Source: Moniliella sp. 'wahieum' (taxonomy: Eukaryota). From it: DNA of 56,569 nt. The DNA lies in the NCBI GenBank assembly GCA_003971905.1, contig RSEE01000096.1, positions 186,001 through 242,569 on the forward strand, given 5' to 3'. The notes under the pieces were generated by a model. That model ran no database searches. It was not told the DNA's origin and worked only from the letters and a program-made list of their open reading frames with translations. The stretch's first letter is position 1. Each line of letters begins with the position of its first letter. Positions 24,940 to 38,130 of this stretch are shown one piece after another. Both the position numbers and the translations under genes were made by a program.

Positions 24940-27263
24940 ATGATCGCGCTCCTCCCCGCCGCGCTGGCGCTGGCCGCCGCCCTCGTCCGCGTGCGCGCTG
25001 TCCCCGTCGCCAACGCCCCGCCCACGCCGTGGGTCCAGCTCAGCACGGCCTCCTTCCACTCGACGCTTGCGCAGGGAGCATGGTGCGTTTCCTTCCCCCC
25101 TCCTTGTCTTCTCGGTCCCTTAGGTCCCTTGCGCCGCTGACCTTTTCCGTTTCGTTAGGCTGGTCGAGTTTGTGGACGCCAAGCAAAAGAGCGAGCAGTT
25201 TGCGCCGACCTGGGCCGAGCTGGCGCGCAACAAACTCTTTCTGCGCACCGAGTACCCCGCTGCGCCCTTTGGTCTGGCCCAGGTGGACTGTAAAGCGTTT
25301 GCCCAGGTATGCGTCGACGAGCAAATCAAAGGCACCCCGTTTCTCATTGCGTACCACGACGGAGTCAAGGCCCCCACGCCCTACATGGGGCCGCGCGATT
25401 ACGTCTCGCTCGCCGCGTGGGTAGATGAGCAGGCCTCTGCGTATCGTCAGGCCAAGGGCGTTGCCGATCCGCCACCACCGGCGCCACCGTCTTTGTCTTC
25501 CTCTTCCCCTTCCTCTTCCTCTTTGTCTTCCTCTTTGTCCTCGTCTTCCTCTTCCTATTTGCTTTCGGCATCGCCCTCTCCTTCATCCTCCTCGTCTTTG
25601 TCCCTGTCCCCACCTGCATCTACTTCCGCAGAGCCCTCTGCCGAGCCCTCGCCCCACCGCCCCCAGCGCGGCCGCAGGAACCACCTATGGACTCCGCTGG
25701 TTCTGCTGTCCCCTCCTCTGATCCATCCTCCCAGCTCATTGGCCCTCTTGGGCCCAACCCCGATGGGGTCATGCTGCACTATGGCCAGGAACCGATTGCG
25801 GACGAAAAGGCATTTGCTGCCTGGCTCTCGGCCGATGGCGGGCACGGACCGAGCTTTGTCAAGTTCATGGCGCCCTGGTGCCCGCATTGCCGTCACATGG
25901 GACCTGCGTTCCTCAAGGCAAGTGCGTCGCTCAAGAGCCAAGTGAACGCGATCGAGGTGGACTGTGAGGCGAACCAGGCGCTGTGTCGCACTTACCGCAT
26001 TAACAGTTTCCCCACCCTCCGCATGTACAAGGATGGCGTTGCTACCGAGTACAACGGGGCCGCTCGCACGACGCCATGGTCAAGTGGGCGCTCAAGGCCG
26101 GCGGCTCGGCACTGCATCCTATTACTGCCTCCGAATTGGCCGTCTTGGCTCCTCACCACGACGTTTTCTTCTATCTCTATCTCTTCTCGCCTGGAACGAG
26201 GGACGATGAACGGGTACGTATGCCCCCCCCCCCCCCCTCGCCTCCCAGTTTCCCACTTGCGCAACAGCCGTCGGGACCTGCTATCGGTCGTACTAACTCT
26301 ACGTACCTCTTCTCTCGTAGGCCCTAGTCAGCAACGCCACCTCCGTCTTGCTGGGGAAAGATACGTTTGCATTTGAGTCTTCAGACCCTGCGCTGCTGAC
26401 CCAGTACAGCGCCTACCTGCACCCTGGGCAAGGCAGCGAAGTGGCGCGTCACTCGCTCTCCGGTCTGCTCGTGTTCAAAGACCACAACACCCAAACGCCC
26501 TATGCCCAGCTCAACCTAGCTGCCTTGTCGGCACCCGATGCCGTGGCCCAGATCCAATCCTGGGTGCATAGTCAACGCTTCCCCCCTTGTCGAGCTCACC
26601 TCGACCACGTTTGCCGACGTGATGTTCAACGAGGCAGGAATCAAAGTCGTCCTTGCCGCCCTGTCGCAGGCGCATCACGGAGGCAACCTGGTCGAGTCTG
26701 GACCGGGATCCCATCAGCGGGACTACGAACTGTCCATCTTGGGCCAGCTCGCGTCCAAGTGGCACGTCACGCCGCACCAAGAGCCACTCTTGTTCGCTTG
26801 GATCGACGCGGACCAGTGGGCCGCCCAGCTGGCGTCGTACTTTAGCCTGCACGCCAACGAGTTGCCCCACCTGCTTCTGGTCGACGGGCAGAAGATGGTG
26901 TATTACGACATGCCGAGCGACCTGCCTGCCGCTGCCCGCGGCCGGCCGTGGATCCACACCAGCACCGTGCTCGCCCGCCTCGATGCCGTTCGCACAGGCA
27001 AAGTCAAGCCCATCCACATGGAAACGTACATCGACCGCAGTATGCATGCCGCCTCCTCCTTCCTCGTCGTCTTGGCCCGCACCTACTTCCACCACCCGTT
27101 CCTCGGTACCATCGTCTTGGTTGTCTTGCTGTACGGCACGGTGCGCTTCACCAAGCGCGTCAAGCGAGGTCGCTATGCCCGCCATGGGTCCCGGAGGTTG
27201 ACCTCGCACAGCGTGCTGCCCTTGACCAACGTGATGGTGCCAGGCAAGGCCAAGGCAGGGTAA
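24940..27263 (+). CDS. Membrane-anchored PDI/thioredoxin-family ER protein (Eps1-like)
   Basis: Signal peptide MIALLPAALALAAALVRVRA, FVKFMAPWCPHC active site, EVDCE..LCR.YRINSFPTL, C-terminal TM helix and basic tail; introns about 25083-25159 and 26214-26320. Confidence 0.88.
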
Positions 27264-27496
27264 AAACAAAAGGAGGGCGCAGGTTCCTGCTGCCCTGCTG
27301 CTTTGTCCGATTCCGATCGATGGCGGGGGGGGGGGTAGATGCAGAGGCAAAGCGTAGCGTAAAAGAGCGTAGATCTTACGCTCTGATCCTCCCTGCTTGG
27401 TGTCATTCATTCCATCATCTTCCAACGCCGCTTGGATGTCAGGTCTACCTCCACCTCGGTGTTCCACCTCTTGGGCGCACCTGCACCAGATAGAAT

Positions 27497-29206
27497 TCAA
27501 ACGAGGTTAGTACTAGCGGGACGGTACCGCCACCCCACCGGTAGGATACCGGACCAATTGACGTACTGCGTCGGTAGTCCAGGCCAAATGCCTTGCCCGA
27601 ATAGTGATCTGCCACACGGTAGTATTGGTGGGGGTGCAGGCGCAGAGCCATGCGGGTCAGCACAAAGTACCGCTCCGAACCATCGCGCCGGGAGATCCAA
27701 CTCGTAGATCGAGTCGGAATTGTGGGGCGGAGGTGGGAGTGTATCGGGCTTAGGCGGGGAGTCAGCGAGGACAGGCTTCGAGGTCTTGTGGCTGCGAGCG
27801 GGATGCTGGCCAAGGCAGCTATTTCTTCCACAGCCCGTTCGGCAGCCGGCGATCCCACAGGAACTTGGCCCAGCGCATACAGATCTTCTTGGTGCAAATC
27901 CTTGTCGTCCTGGCTGATCTCCGCCTCGTCCTCCACGTCGTCCTCGTCGGCTCGGTCCTCTGCCTCGTGCTTCTCCAGCTCGGCATACTCCTCCTTCTCA
28001 CCTTGGGACAGACCCAGCTCCTGGAGCAAGTCCCCATCCAGTCCACGGTCAATGTCCGACTGAGCTAGCACTTCGGCCCACAGGGTCAACTTCTCGGTCC
28101 AGATCTTGGTTTCGACGTGCTGGCTGTTGTGCTGGCGTGCGGCGGCGAGCTGGTCGTGCAAGCGTGCCTTGGACGGCACGTCGGCCAACTGCAATCGATG
28201 CGAACGCGAGAGATAATGTTTGAGGTAAAACGTTTGCCACTGCAACCGAAACGCACACCGGCGCGCATGCCTTGTTACCCGCAGCAGCTTGTGGCGGAAC
28301 TTGCGCTTAGCTTCATCCATGGTAGGTGGACGAGTGCGGGTCTGGGCGGCCTGCTGAACGAGCCACTGTGCGTACCGATGTTCCTGGTACACCTGCGTCG
28401 CCGACGTAGCCTCAAAGGCGCGATGGACATCGTAGTACTGGCTCATGGTCTTGCGTCCAATCAACTGCATGCTCCGGTTCGTCGGCCAGCACGCCTTGTC
28501 CTCCGGCTCGAACGAGGTGCGGGCAGCCGCTTGTCCCAGCGCAAGCGCCTTGCTGTACAGCTTGGCACGGCGGTCGTAAAGCCGAGAAAGTAGGGCTGGA
28601 ACACGTACTGCCGCGACGCCGAGTTGCGGCGCACCTTGAGCCCGACGCCATCCAGAGGCAGCGTGCTGCACAGCCGAAACAAGTTGGGCACAGGCCAGTC
28701 GGGTCGCGCAAGATGCCGGCCCAGCCATTGCCCATGGCGCGCTGGCCAGCCTTGGTGGCCGCCGCACGCTCCGTGTCAATCGACAGCGCCGAGGGATCGA
28801 TGCCGCGGAGGAGAGCACGCGCCGCAAAGGGCACCAAGCGGTGGGCCTGCGACCTGGCCTGGCGCATATGGTCGATGCCGGGGCCCAGCACTTGGGCCTC
28901 GGCGTCGCGCAGCGCAAACGACCGCTGCGTGTCGGCCCAGAGCGCCAGCTGCTGCTCCTCGTTCAGCACCACCTCCCGGTACGCCTGCCGCGCCACCGAC
29001 ACGACCCATCTCTCGCTCCTCCGAGCGCGCATCCACATCGCCCCCGCCGCGCCGCGCCCGCACACACGCCGAGGTGGAGTACCCGTGCCTCGCGCGCAGC
29101 GTGCTGTCCGAGCCCAGCGCAACAGCATCGGGGACGACAACCAAGGCGGCCCACGCTGCCTCCCACCCGCGCCCTCCTTGCCGGGCGCCCCGTCCAGCGG
29201 CTTCAT
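27497..29206 (-). CDS. Uncharacterised protein with basic helical and acidic segments; boundaries uncertain
   Basis: Protein-like text across ORFs 28412-29206, 27445-28917 and 27497-27700; no domain recognised. Confidence 0.55.
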
Positions 29207-30448
29207 TAGGCACTAGCCACTAGGCACCAGCAGCGGGGCGGCGGAAATGCACACAGCAATTCCGCTGTCATTTAACCAGCCTTCTTCATTCGCGGCGGAG
29301 CGCAGCAGTGCCTTGCGCGTGTTGGCCTTGAGGGTGGGCGGGAACGCTGATGCTCAACCAAAGCAAAGCGGCTTGGAAACCAGACTCCTCTCAACTGTTG
29401 GGGACTATTTGTGTGGGTCATCAGCCCCACATTTTCCCACAGTAAACTGATTACATGCGAGCTATTACACCCCAACCGCATATACTCTCACAGTGTGGTA
29501 CTCCCTCTCCGACCTGCATCGAATACATCCCCCCCTGCCCATCTGGAAATCCCTTCTCTTCCCCCGCACTACGATGACAGGGTAGAATCATGTTGGTGCA
29601 TTGGAACCATCGATCAGTTCTCCCTTGGACATGAATTCTCAGCAAGTATAGATATCCTTTTTATATGACGGTTGGTATATATCTCGCTTCTTTCCCTTCA
29701 AATAAGCCAATGCGAGAGACAGCAGCCCAGCTTCCTTTTCCTTGTACGGCGCTTACCAGTTACTGCTCGAACCTTTGTGACACGCTTCATCCCCTCTTGC
29801 GACGGCTGGCTCTCTTACTTTGCCTCTGTATGATGTGTCCTTCTCTCTTCCGTGGAATTCAACCTAGAACGGCACCCCGAACTATAGGCAAGCACTGCAG
29901 GTCGGACGTCGGTGTTCTTCATGAGACGGACGGGGCGTGGGGAGAGCGCCGTGATGGATCTTTGGGTGGTGGTCGGTTACCGTTACGAATTACCGGCTGG
30001 TTAGGTTGGAGGTGGATCCCTGCTGGACAATTACGAGAGTGGATCCAGCTGGAGACGTTCGTACGTCCGAGACCAGCAGGCCACCGAAGTGGGGCAGAAT
30101 AGTGATTCAATGCTCGATGGGTTCGATTCGTGAACACGAAAAAGGTGTGGGGGCGGCAGACGAAACTCTATGTAATCTCGTATACGGGTGTCCTATTCGG
30201 CTCGTGCCAGAGGCCCATCAGCCACTGGGGCCGTCCGCTTGGCTATGCTTCGCTTGGGGTTGTTGTTGTTGGGGGGGGGGAGGGTGCGAACGATTGGAGG
30301 GCCTGGCTTAGACGCGATCTGTGCCTGACTGTGTATTATTGCTCTGTCGACAAGCAAGATGGTCGAGGTCAATGATCGATGATCGAACTGGACTGATGTG
30401 CATGATGCATGCTGCTTCGGACATTTGAATGGAAAGGATAGAGTGAAC

Positions 30449-30467
30449 CTTGAAGCTTGAAGCTTGA
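30449..30467. repeat. Quasi-palindromic heptamer array (CTTGAAG)~2.7
   Basis: cttgaag cttgaag cttga. Confidence 0.8.
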
Positions 30468-32807
30468 TATTGATTGACATGTGATGTGTGATATGTGACC
30501 TGTGACATGTTGCATTCGACAAACGACACATGACAGGTGTGTGACACACATGTGACAAGGAACAAGACACAAGACAAAGGACACGGCGCAAGGGACAGTG
30601 GCAGTGCGAGCGACGCATTGCTGGCAGGTGGCAAACCCAGATCGGTCCGGCTTGGTTACGCGGTGTTACGCATGTTGCGATACGCCTTGGGCAGTCGGCT
30701 ATCTAACCCGTTCCAACGTGCCACGACATCTCAGGTAGGCCCTAGGGATCTGCGATCTCCACCACGCCACGAGGGAACCAACCGCGGCAGCCGGGGGGCC
30801 GGTGCACCGATCAGTTCGATCGATGCTCGACAGTCGGTAGTCGGTAGTCGATAGTCGGTAGGTTGATGGCCGATGGTCGCGTGGACGAGTCGATGGAGCG
30901 TACAGTGTACACTCGCCTACACACGTACCTCCTCGTTTTGGCTTGCTCGCTAGCACAGAAGGCTGGGGTGGTTGAGGAGCGTCGAGGCGTATAGCTGCTG
31001 GGCCGCTGAGCCTATGCGTCTTACGTGCAGGATAGAGAGAGTTACCCATTACTACTTCGGTGCGCACCGGTTCCCGTACCACGTTATGCGTGGCTGTATC
31101 GCTCTGGTGGCCAGGCATGGGTACGCGGTTACGCGTGACGCGTGACGTGGCTAGCGTGGCCAGCGTGGCCGGTGGCCGATGGCCGGGTGGGCACAACTCA
31201 ACTCAGTACTCATTGTGTACTGAGTCCCCACACTTCCAGGTCGAAGGGACAAGCGATGGCCCGATGGGTGGGTGGAGCAGGTATGGAGTGTGCATCGTGA
31301 GCGGCAGAGTGCCGATCTGGGCCGACCCCACGCTTCAAAGCTTCAAGCTTCCAAAGCTTCCCAAAGCTCAAATCGCTCAAGGGCGGTGGATGCAAAGCTT
31401 GCAGCAAAGCTTCTGCGTCTCGCTGAGAAGAAACTGTCGTGGCGGATTTGGCGAAGCATGGGCTAAGGGGACAGGCATGGTCGGATACGCATGGTGTATG
31501 GGCTTGGCTTGGAAGCTGGGGGGGGGGGGCAGAATGGGGGGGGGGCTGGGGCTTGGGGAGGTGAGGAAGACGCTCAGTACAGCCACAGTACCCAATTACT
31601 CTCAGGGCGGGTAAGCTGTGGTGAGCCGCGCTGGGCGCCCAGGCTGAGCCCCTCGCTGGCCTTACCGGCTCACCCGAGTCCTGAGGCCTGAGGCTCAAGC
31701 CTGAGGAAGACGGGCACGGGGGTGACCGGTGATCACATCACTTGCTGGCCTGATTCAATATTCATCCTCGTGCAATGACTGATGCAGATGATTGATGATT
31801 TCCATTTGGGGGTCGGGTGGAATAGCCGGGCACGGCGCACGACGCCTGGGCTGGTTGGATGGAAGGATGGGGACGTAGGGGGCCAGGGCGGGCAGGGGCG
31901 GGCACCGGGCTCCTGGTTCATCTTGTGTCAGAACTCAGATCTCAGTCTGAGATCTCAGAGCCCGATGCACGGCCCAGGCGTGGCACAGTGGGGCAGGACG
32001 CCGCACTGGCCCTGCCTGGCGCTGCTTCGGTTGGGCTGCGCACCCGCAGCTAAGTACCGGCAGCAAGTGCCTGTCAGTGGCTGCGAGGCAGTGTCTGCAA
32101 GTGCCTAGAAGTATCTCGGGGCCACCTGGAAGTGCCTGTACCATGTAAGTACTTGCACGAGCCATCTCCATCGTTGAACGTTGAACATTGACGGTGGGGC
32201 CAGGGCCCAGATCTCAGAAGCTGCCACCAATGGGTGTGGTGGCGTCAGGCGTCAGATCTCACATCGCCCGTCTCACATCTGCCCTGCGGCCTCCAGCCTC
32301 CGCGTGTCCCCAGCGACCGTCGCACTTCCACATCCCACACCTCCGGGCTTGCGCCCCCCATGGCCCGAAGCGGGAAATTACACGCCACTGCCCCCGTGCC
32401 TGACCTGCCCCGCCACTCGCCACTGGCGTTTGCCACAGCGGCACTGTGCCTGCCTCTGTGGCTCTGCTGCGCTGGCTGCCCTGCTGCCTGTGTCTGTGGG
32501 CGGGGGGTTAGTACTTAGTGGGGTCGTGCTATCCCGCAGCCAGAGCGCAGCCCCTCCGATTCCATCCCCTTCCAGCCCCCTCCCTCCCCGCCCATCCCGT
32601 CTCCTCCTTCCCCTCCCCTCCCCTCCCACCCTCCCCTCCGCTGTATGCGCGTTGCGCCCGCTGTGCCCCGCCCTCTCGACACACGCCTGCCCCCGCCGCC
32701 CCCACCACATCCCCGTCTCCCCCGTCCCCTCCAACCAACAGCAGCCGCAGTCCAGCTCCCTGCTCCGTCTGCCCATATATATCCCACCCACCAGCCCCAT
32801 CGCCCCC

Positions 32808-34850
32808 ATGCCCTTCTCCCGTCCCAGCGATGACCACCCGACCCCCCCCCGCAACCTGCCCAGTGGCTCCTCCACCTCTTCCCCTGTCTCGGCCGCCGCC
32901 GCCCCCCCCCCCCATCCCAGAGCTTCGAAATCGAGTCTTCTCCGTCGGACCGCGTGCCGGAGGAGCCCCATGAGCGCACCCCCCTTATTGCGCCTCCTTC
33001 TCCTTCTTCTTCGCCCTCTTCCTCTCCTTGTCCTCCCCCATTGCGCGTGCGAGCAACGACCACCCCTTCTGTATTTGCCCCTCCCCGAGGCATGCCCGCC
33101 GAGGTGCTGAGCCAGACGATGCCAAACTGTCAGGGTACGTCGGAGCTTCTGTTGCGGTGCCAGTGTGCAGTGTGGAGTGGTGCATGTGCTAGATCTGCAC
33201 CCGCCACCCACCCGTCTCTTCTCTGACCCCATCTTGCCTGTTTGGGTTGCAGGGCGTACATTTGTCTCCCCAAGGGCCACCCTGCCGGCTCCTCTCGCTC
33301 CCCGCACATGGGGCGCAGCAGGAGCAGCACCACCAATCTTTGGCTCCCGCCCACACCGGTACGCCCGTCGAACCCCGATCGGAAATTGCTGGGATGCGGC
33401 GGATGCACGGTGTACGGCCCGGAGGGCGGGACATGATTATGTCGGCCGCCAATGCTGCCGTCTTGGATCCCAGTTTCTCACCTACAGCCTCCCCAGGGGT
33501 GGACCAACAGTTGAGCAGTTACACTTTTGGACGGGCGTCCCAGGCGCACATTGCGTCGGCGCCCACTACGGCGGGGTTTCATTTGACGGCCCCGTCCACT
33601 CGGCGGCCCGGCCATCGCCGTGGGATTCCTTCATGGCCGAGCCCCTTAAACCCGATCCAAGATGTCCGTCCGTCCACAGCAGCCTCCTTCCGCTCTCGGC
33701 CGGGCTGGCAATGCAGCCGTCCAGGAGCGACAGCAAGTGGGTACCACCAGCACCCACCAGCACCGCCCTGTCAGGCTCGCCTTCGGTCTCCTCGATTCCA
33801 GCTACGGATCCAGCTCCGCGCCGCCGCTCCGGATCCAGTCTCGGGCCGCTCAAACTTGACCCGGCACGTGCACTGGTCCCCGTGACGCCCGATGCCATGG
33901 CGCGCTTACGCTCGAGCACGATGGGCGAATCGACGCACCGCGCCTCGCTCGGTTCCCTCCCGGGCCTCAGCGCCGGCTCGAGCGCATCCATGTCGGACCA
34001 CGCGGCTCCCGTCGCACCCGCCTCGGTCTCCCATCGCAACAGCGCCCAGTCCCTTCACGTGCCTGTACCCCTGTCCGAGTCGGACGCCGGAAGCGCCCTC
34101 CCACCGCTCTAACCAGTCTCGCCTTGTCCCACTCGACTTTCGCGCCCCCGTCGGCCCCGTCGAGCCGGCCCAGTCGTCCTATAGCCCCTTCTCCCGCTCG
34201 GGTACCCGAAACCAAAGGACCCCGGCCTCTCTACCACCAAGGGTCGCACCAGGGACCGCTCCCACGACCGCTCCCACGACCGTGCCCAGGACCGCACCAC
34301 GACCCACTCGCCTCTCGAACCGGCGCGGAGCCATAGCACTACGCCGACGTTGCGTCGCGATCCTCACCGACCTCCCCTCGCCCTTGACGGCACGATCACC
34401 GCTACTGCCACGCCCACCGCTCGTCTCGGCCTTAGCTCCAGCACGCTCCGTTCGCCCTCGGAAACAAGCAGCGGAATGACCTCTACGCCTACGGCCGCTT
34501 CGTCCCGCATGCCCCGGCCGGCTCCCACGTCCCCCATGTCCCCCACTACCTACCAGGATTCCACGGTTGGGATGGCCGTCGCCCCCGAGCCCAAGTGGAT
34601 GTGCTCGGGTGTCCCCCAGTTCGCCAGGATCGGGAGCGGGCGGGGAGCGGGGGCGGCCGCGTCCACCCTCACGTCGCCAGTAGGGCCAGTGTGTTCCTAT
34701 GTGCATTCCAGTTCCCGACTCTCGCCTCCGGCTACGCGCGCTTCCGTCTCCTCGTTTCGCTCCACTCGCTCCACTCGCTCTACTCGCTCCAATGCCGCTT
34801 CGTCCGAGACAGAGTTGTTTGCCTTGGCACCCCTCGCTGGGCTTTGGTAG
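32808..34850 (+). CDS. Uncharacterised Pro/Ser-rich, probably disordered protein
   Basis: Chain of frameshifted S/P-rich ORFs from MPFSRPSDD to SETELFALAPLAGLW*; TATATA about 30 nt upstream. Confidence 0.55.
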
Positions 34851-35214
34851 CGACCCGGTCTTTGTAGGTTCGGCTGGCTCCGAGATCGACGATAGGACGA
34901 TGTTGCACTCTGAGGGTTTGATTTTTTTTTCATGTCGGCCGGACCAAGATGTATACCTCTCTTCTTCTTCTTCTTTCCCTTTTTGCTCTTCTTTCTCGAT
35001 CTTGTGTCTTGTCTCTCTCTCTCCTCTGGGACAAGGACTTAGCTTCGTTTTGTTTTGTCCTTTTCTTGGTCCTGCCCTGTCCTACTCTTACCTTGCCTTC
35101 CTTTCCGTACGATTTGCCTTCGACCCCCCACGCCCCTGATTGCTCTCTCGGCTGTGTCTATGCACACGGCCGTTCCCCACGCTCTTTCTCTATCGGCTAT
35201 GCTACTCCTTTGGT

Positions 35215-35258
35215 GTGATGCCTCTAGCTCTCTATCGTGATGCCTCTAGCTCTCTATC
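35215..35258. repeat. 22-bp tandem duplication GTGATGCCTCTAGCTCTCTATC x2
   Basis: Read directly. Confidence 0.85.
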
Positions 35259-35322
35259 GATCTTGGATCTCCCATCTCAGATCCCCAACCTCGGCTCTCC
35301 AACCTCGGATCTCGGCTGATCA

Positions 35323-35349
35323 ATCTGAGATCTGAGATCTGAGATCTGA
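35323..35349. repeat. Quasi-palindromic heptamer array (ATCTGAG)~3.9
   Basis: atctgag atctgag atctgag atctga. Confidence 0.88.
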
Positions 35350-35507
35350 TCCCGATGCAACCACCTCCCCTGGCTATCCTGCCTTGCTGATGCTATCTTC
35401 TTTGCCTCTATAACGCTCCACCCGTCCCTCGTACGACTCACAGTTGGGGCAACCAACTTTCCCGTTTGTTTCGTTGTTGCTCTCTCCAAACTCTTCAAAC
35501 CCTTCAA

Positions 35508-35563
35508 TTCAAGCTTCAAGCTTCAAGCTTCACGCTTTCGCTTCAAGCTTCAAGCTTCAAGCT
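35508..35563. repeat. Two adjacent (AAGCTTC)3 heptamer arrays
   Basis: ttc aagcttc aagcttc aagcttc acgctttc gcttc aagcttc aagcttc aagct. Confidence 0.88.
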
Positions 35564-38130
35564 CCACACTTCACCGACTACACCCATTTTTTTACCCTAC
35601 CCTATACCTTGTCCATGTACATGTACATGTATGCACCGTGGGTCGTCTATGCACCCTGGGTCTCGCTTTTCCCCTCCTCTCTTCCGTTTTGCCCTTTTCC
35701 AATTCCCTTTTGGCCCCCCGCTTTCCCAGCGCCTGTTGCTCGACTCCTCTCTGCTGCCTCCCCTCGCTTTGAGGCAGATCTACCTTGCTCTGTCCTTTTT
35801 CTTCTCCCTACTACCCCCCCCCCCTCCGCTCTCCGTGCTTCAGCTTCATTCAGCTTCTGAACTTCTGAGTTTCAGCCCCTTTCTTTCTTCCCTCCCGCTT
35901 TGCCCCACTCTTCCATGTCTTGACCTAGTATCCTGCTGGCCTGCTAGCCTGCTAGCCTGCTGCGCGCTGCCTGGATCGGGGATCGCAGATCGAATGAGAT
36001 CAAGATCGGGTTCTGAGATCGGATGATCCAGCCCCTCATCCTTCTTCTCTCCTTTGGGAGGGGGGGGAGCCATAGGCCATATACCACGTACCGCCATCTC
36101 TACATCATCGCAGCCGCACCTTGCCGGACGGCGTTACGCGTAACTAGTGACTATTAGGGACTGCTACGACTCGTGTGGCTAATAATGCAAATAATGTGCC
36201 TCCTGCCTCCTTCTCGTCCTCGAGTGCTCAGCCTGCGCTCAGACTGAGCTCTCAGCTCTCAGCGCGCTGAGCCTCAGGCTTCAGAGCTTCAGGGTCTGAG
36301 TGCGGAGATCGGAGATCCACGGGCCACGGCAGTCTATCGATCCGCGACACGGACGCAAAGGGACTGTCGATTGTCGATTGCATAAATCCCTGGGGGTGGG
36401 GTACATACACAATCGTTCACATACACATACGCTTACACATACGCATACACATACGCATACACATACCATGCACATACACACACTCTCTCGAACTCTTCTT
36501 TCTCTCCAGTACTTGCCGAACAAATAACACTGCTGCGAAGAGGGGGTGGTCTTCGGCCTGCTTCGGCCCAGGGACTAGGGACTAGGGAGTAGGGGCCGGT
36601 GATCGGTGGCTCGTGGCTCGTCTGTTTTGCCTTGTTTTGGCCTGTTTAGCCCCTCCCCCACTTGAGCCGGTGGTGGACCAGTTGACTCTCTTGTCTGGCC
36701 CTTAGGCCTTATTGCAGCTTGAAGCTTGAAGCCTGACCGGTGACCCCAAGGGCGGCTAAACGGTAGAAGCTTAGCGCTCAGCATATTCATACGTTCCTGC
36801 AGCTGGTGGGTAACTTTAGCTTTATGCGTGACGCTTTAAGCTCCTTGCATGTTACACCAGCGGTACGCATTCCGTGTGGCATGGCAGGCCGAAGATAAAC
36901 GCCTGCACGTGCACACACACAGCACGCCCGATGCAAAAATACAACACACACATGTGCCCGCTGGCATCCATGCGCCCACCCTGCTCCCCAATCCACCCAC
37001 GGCAGCCAGGAGAGCAGACAGGGAGACGAAGCGATGGGAGGGGACGGTGTAGTCGGTCGCTGTCTGAGATGTGCTGACTATAGTGACTTGGGGTAGGATG
37101 GCGTGGTGGGTGCGGAGAGTGTGTAACCGGTAACTGGGAAGAAAAGGCCACAGGGCAGTGGATGGACCATGCAGCGTGCGGTTGGATCGTCCCGGCTGAT
37201 GGGTGCGACCGAGGATGGGGCGTGCATGGATGGGGTATGTATGTCTCGCCTTGACAGGGGGAAGCGAGGGGTGCAAGTGCCATGTGCCATGAGCCATGTG
37301 TCAGCATGCCATGTGCCATGCTGGCCTCCTGCATCCTCCCCCCCATGCGCCATACTCCTTAGGACACAGGCCCCACGCCCCACGCCAGCCCCTCGTCCAT
37401 CGGCTTGACATTTCAACTTGCACCATCCCCACCTAACACTTTCAATCTCAGATCTCACCGTTCACCTCACCGTCCACCTTGGTTCGACAGAGCATCCGCC
37501 ATCGACGTCTGAATCCGACCGCTGGTCTCATCTTCTCTCTCTCGGCCACCCAGATCATCGCAGGAAACGCACCACCCCATACCCCTGCAGGAACACGCAC
37601 TTTTTTTTGCGCCTTCCCTTCCATGTCCCCAATCCAGGGGCAGGTACGCTCCTGCCCCGCTCCCCTCCCGCCGCTCCCTAGCAACCTAGTATCCACTTCC
37701 CTCCCAAATGGTTTCTAATGGGCTGTGCTCATCCAGACGAGCTCCGCATCCATTGCACATTATCTCGGCCCGAAAACTTCATCCGCCACCAAAGACAGCT
37801 AACACCGTCGAACCGTGGCAAAGGCGCCGTTGTTCTTTCCTCTGCGCCCGATACCAGCGCCAACTATGAAAGAAGAATGAGAACCTGAAAGTGTGCAGTG
37901 CGCGCTTCGCACTCACGATGGATGCATGAGAGAGGCTTATTCTTTCTCGCCTAGGATACATGTATAGTGCGGCGCTGTGCGCTGACAGCGCTGACAAGAC
38001 AAGAGACAAGAGTCCAGGAGTGTATTAGCTACAGAGAAAAGATGTCATCGGCCCATGGGCGTGCTGCGGAAGAACAAACTGCATCATCGCATTTCTTGAA
38101 TTGAGACGCCAAGCTACTACACTATGTAGA

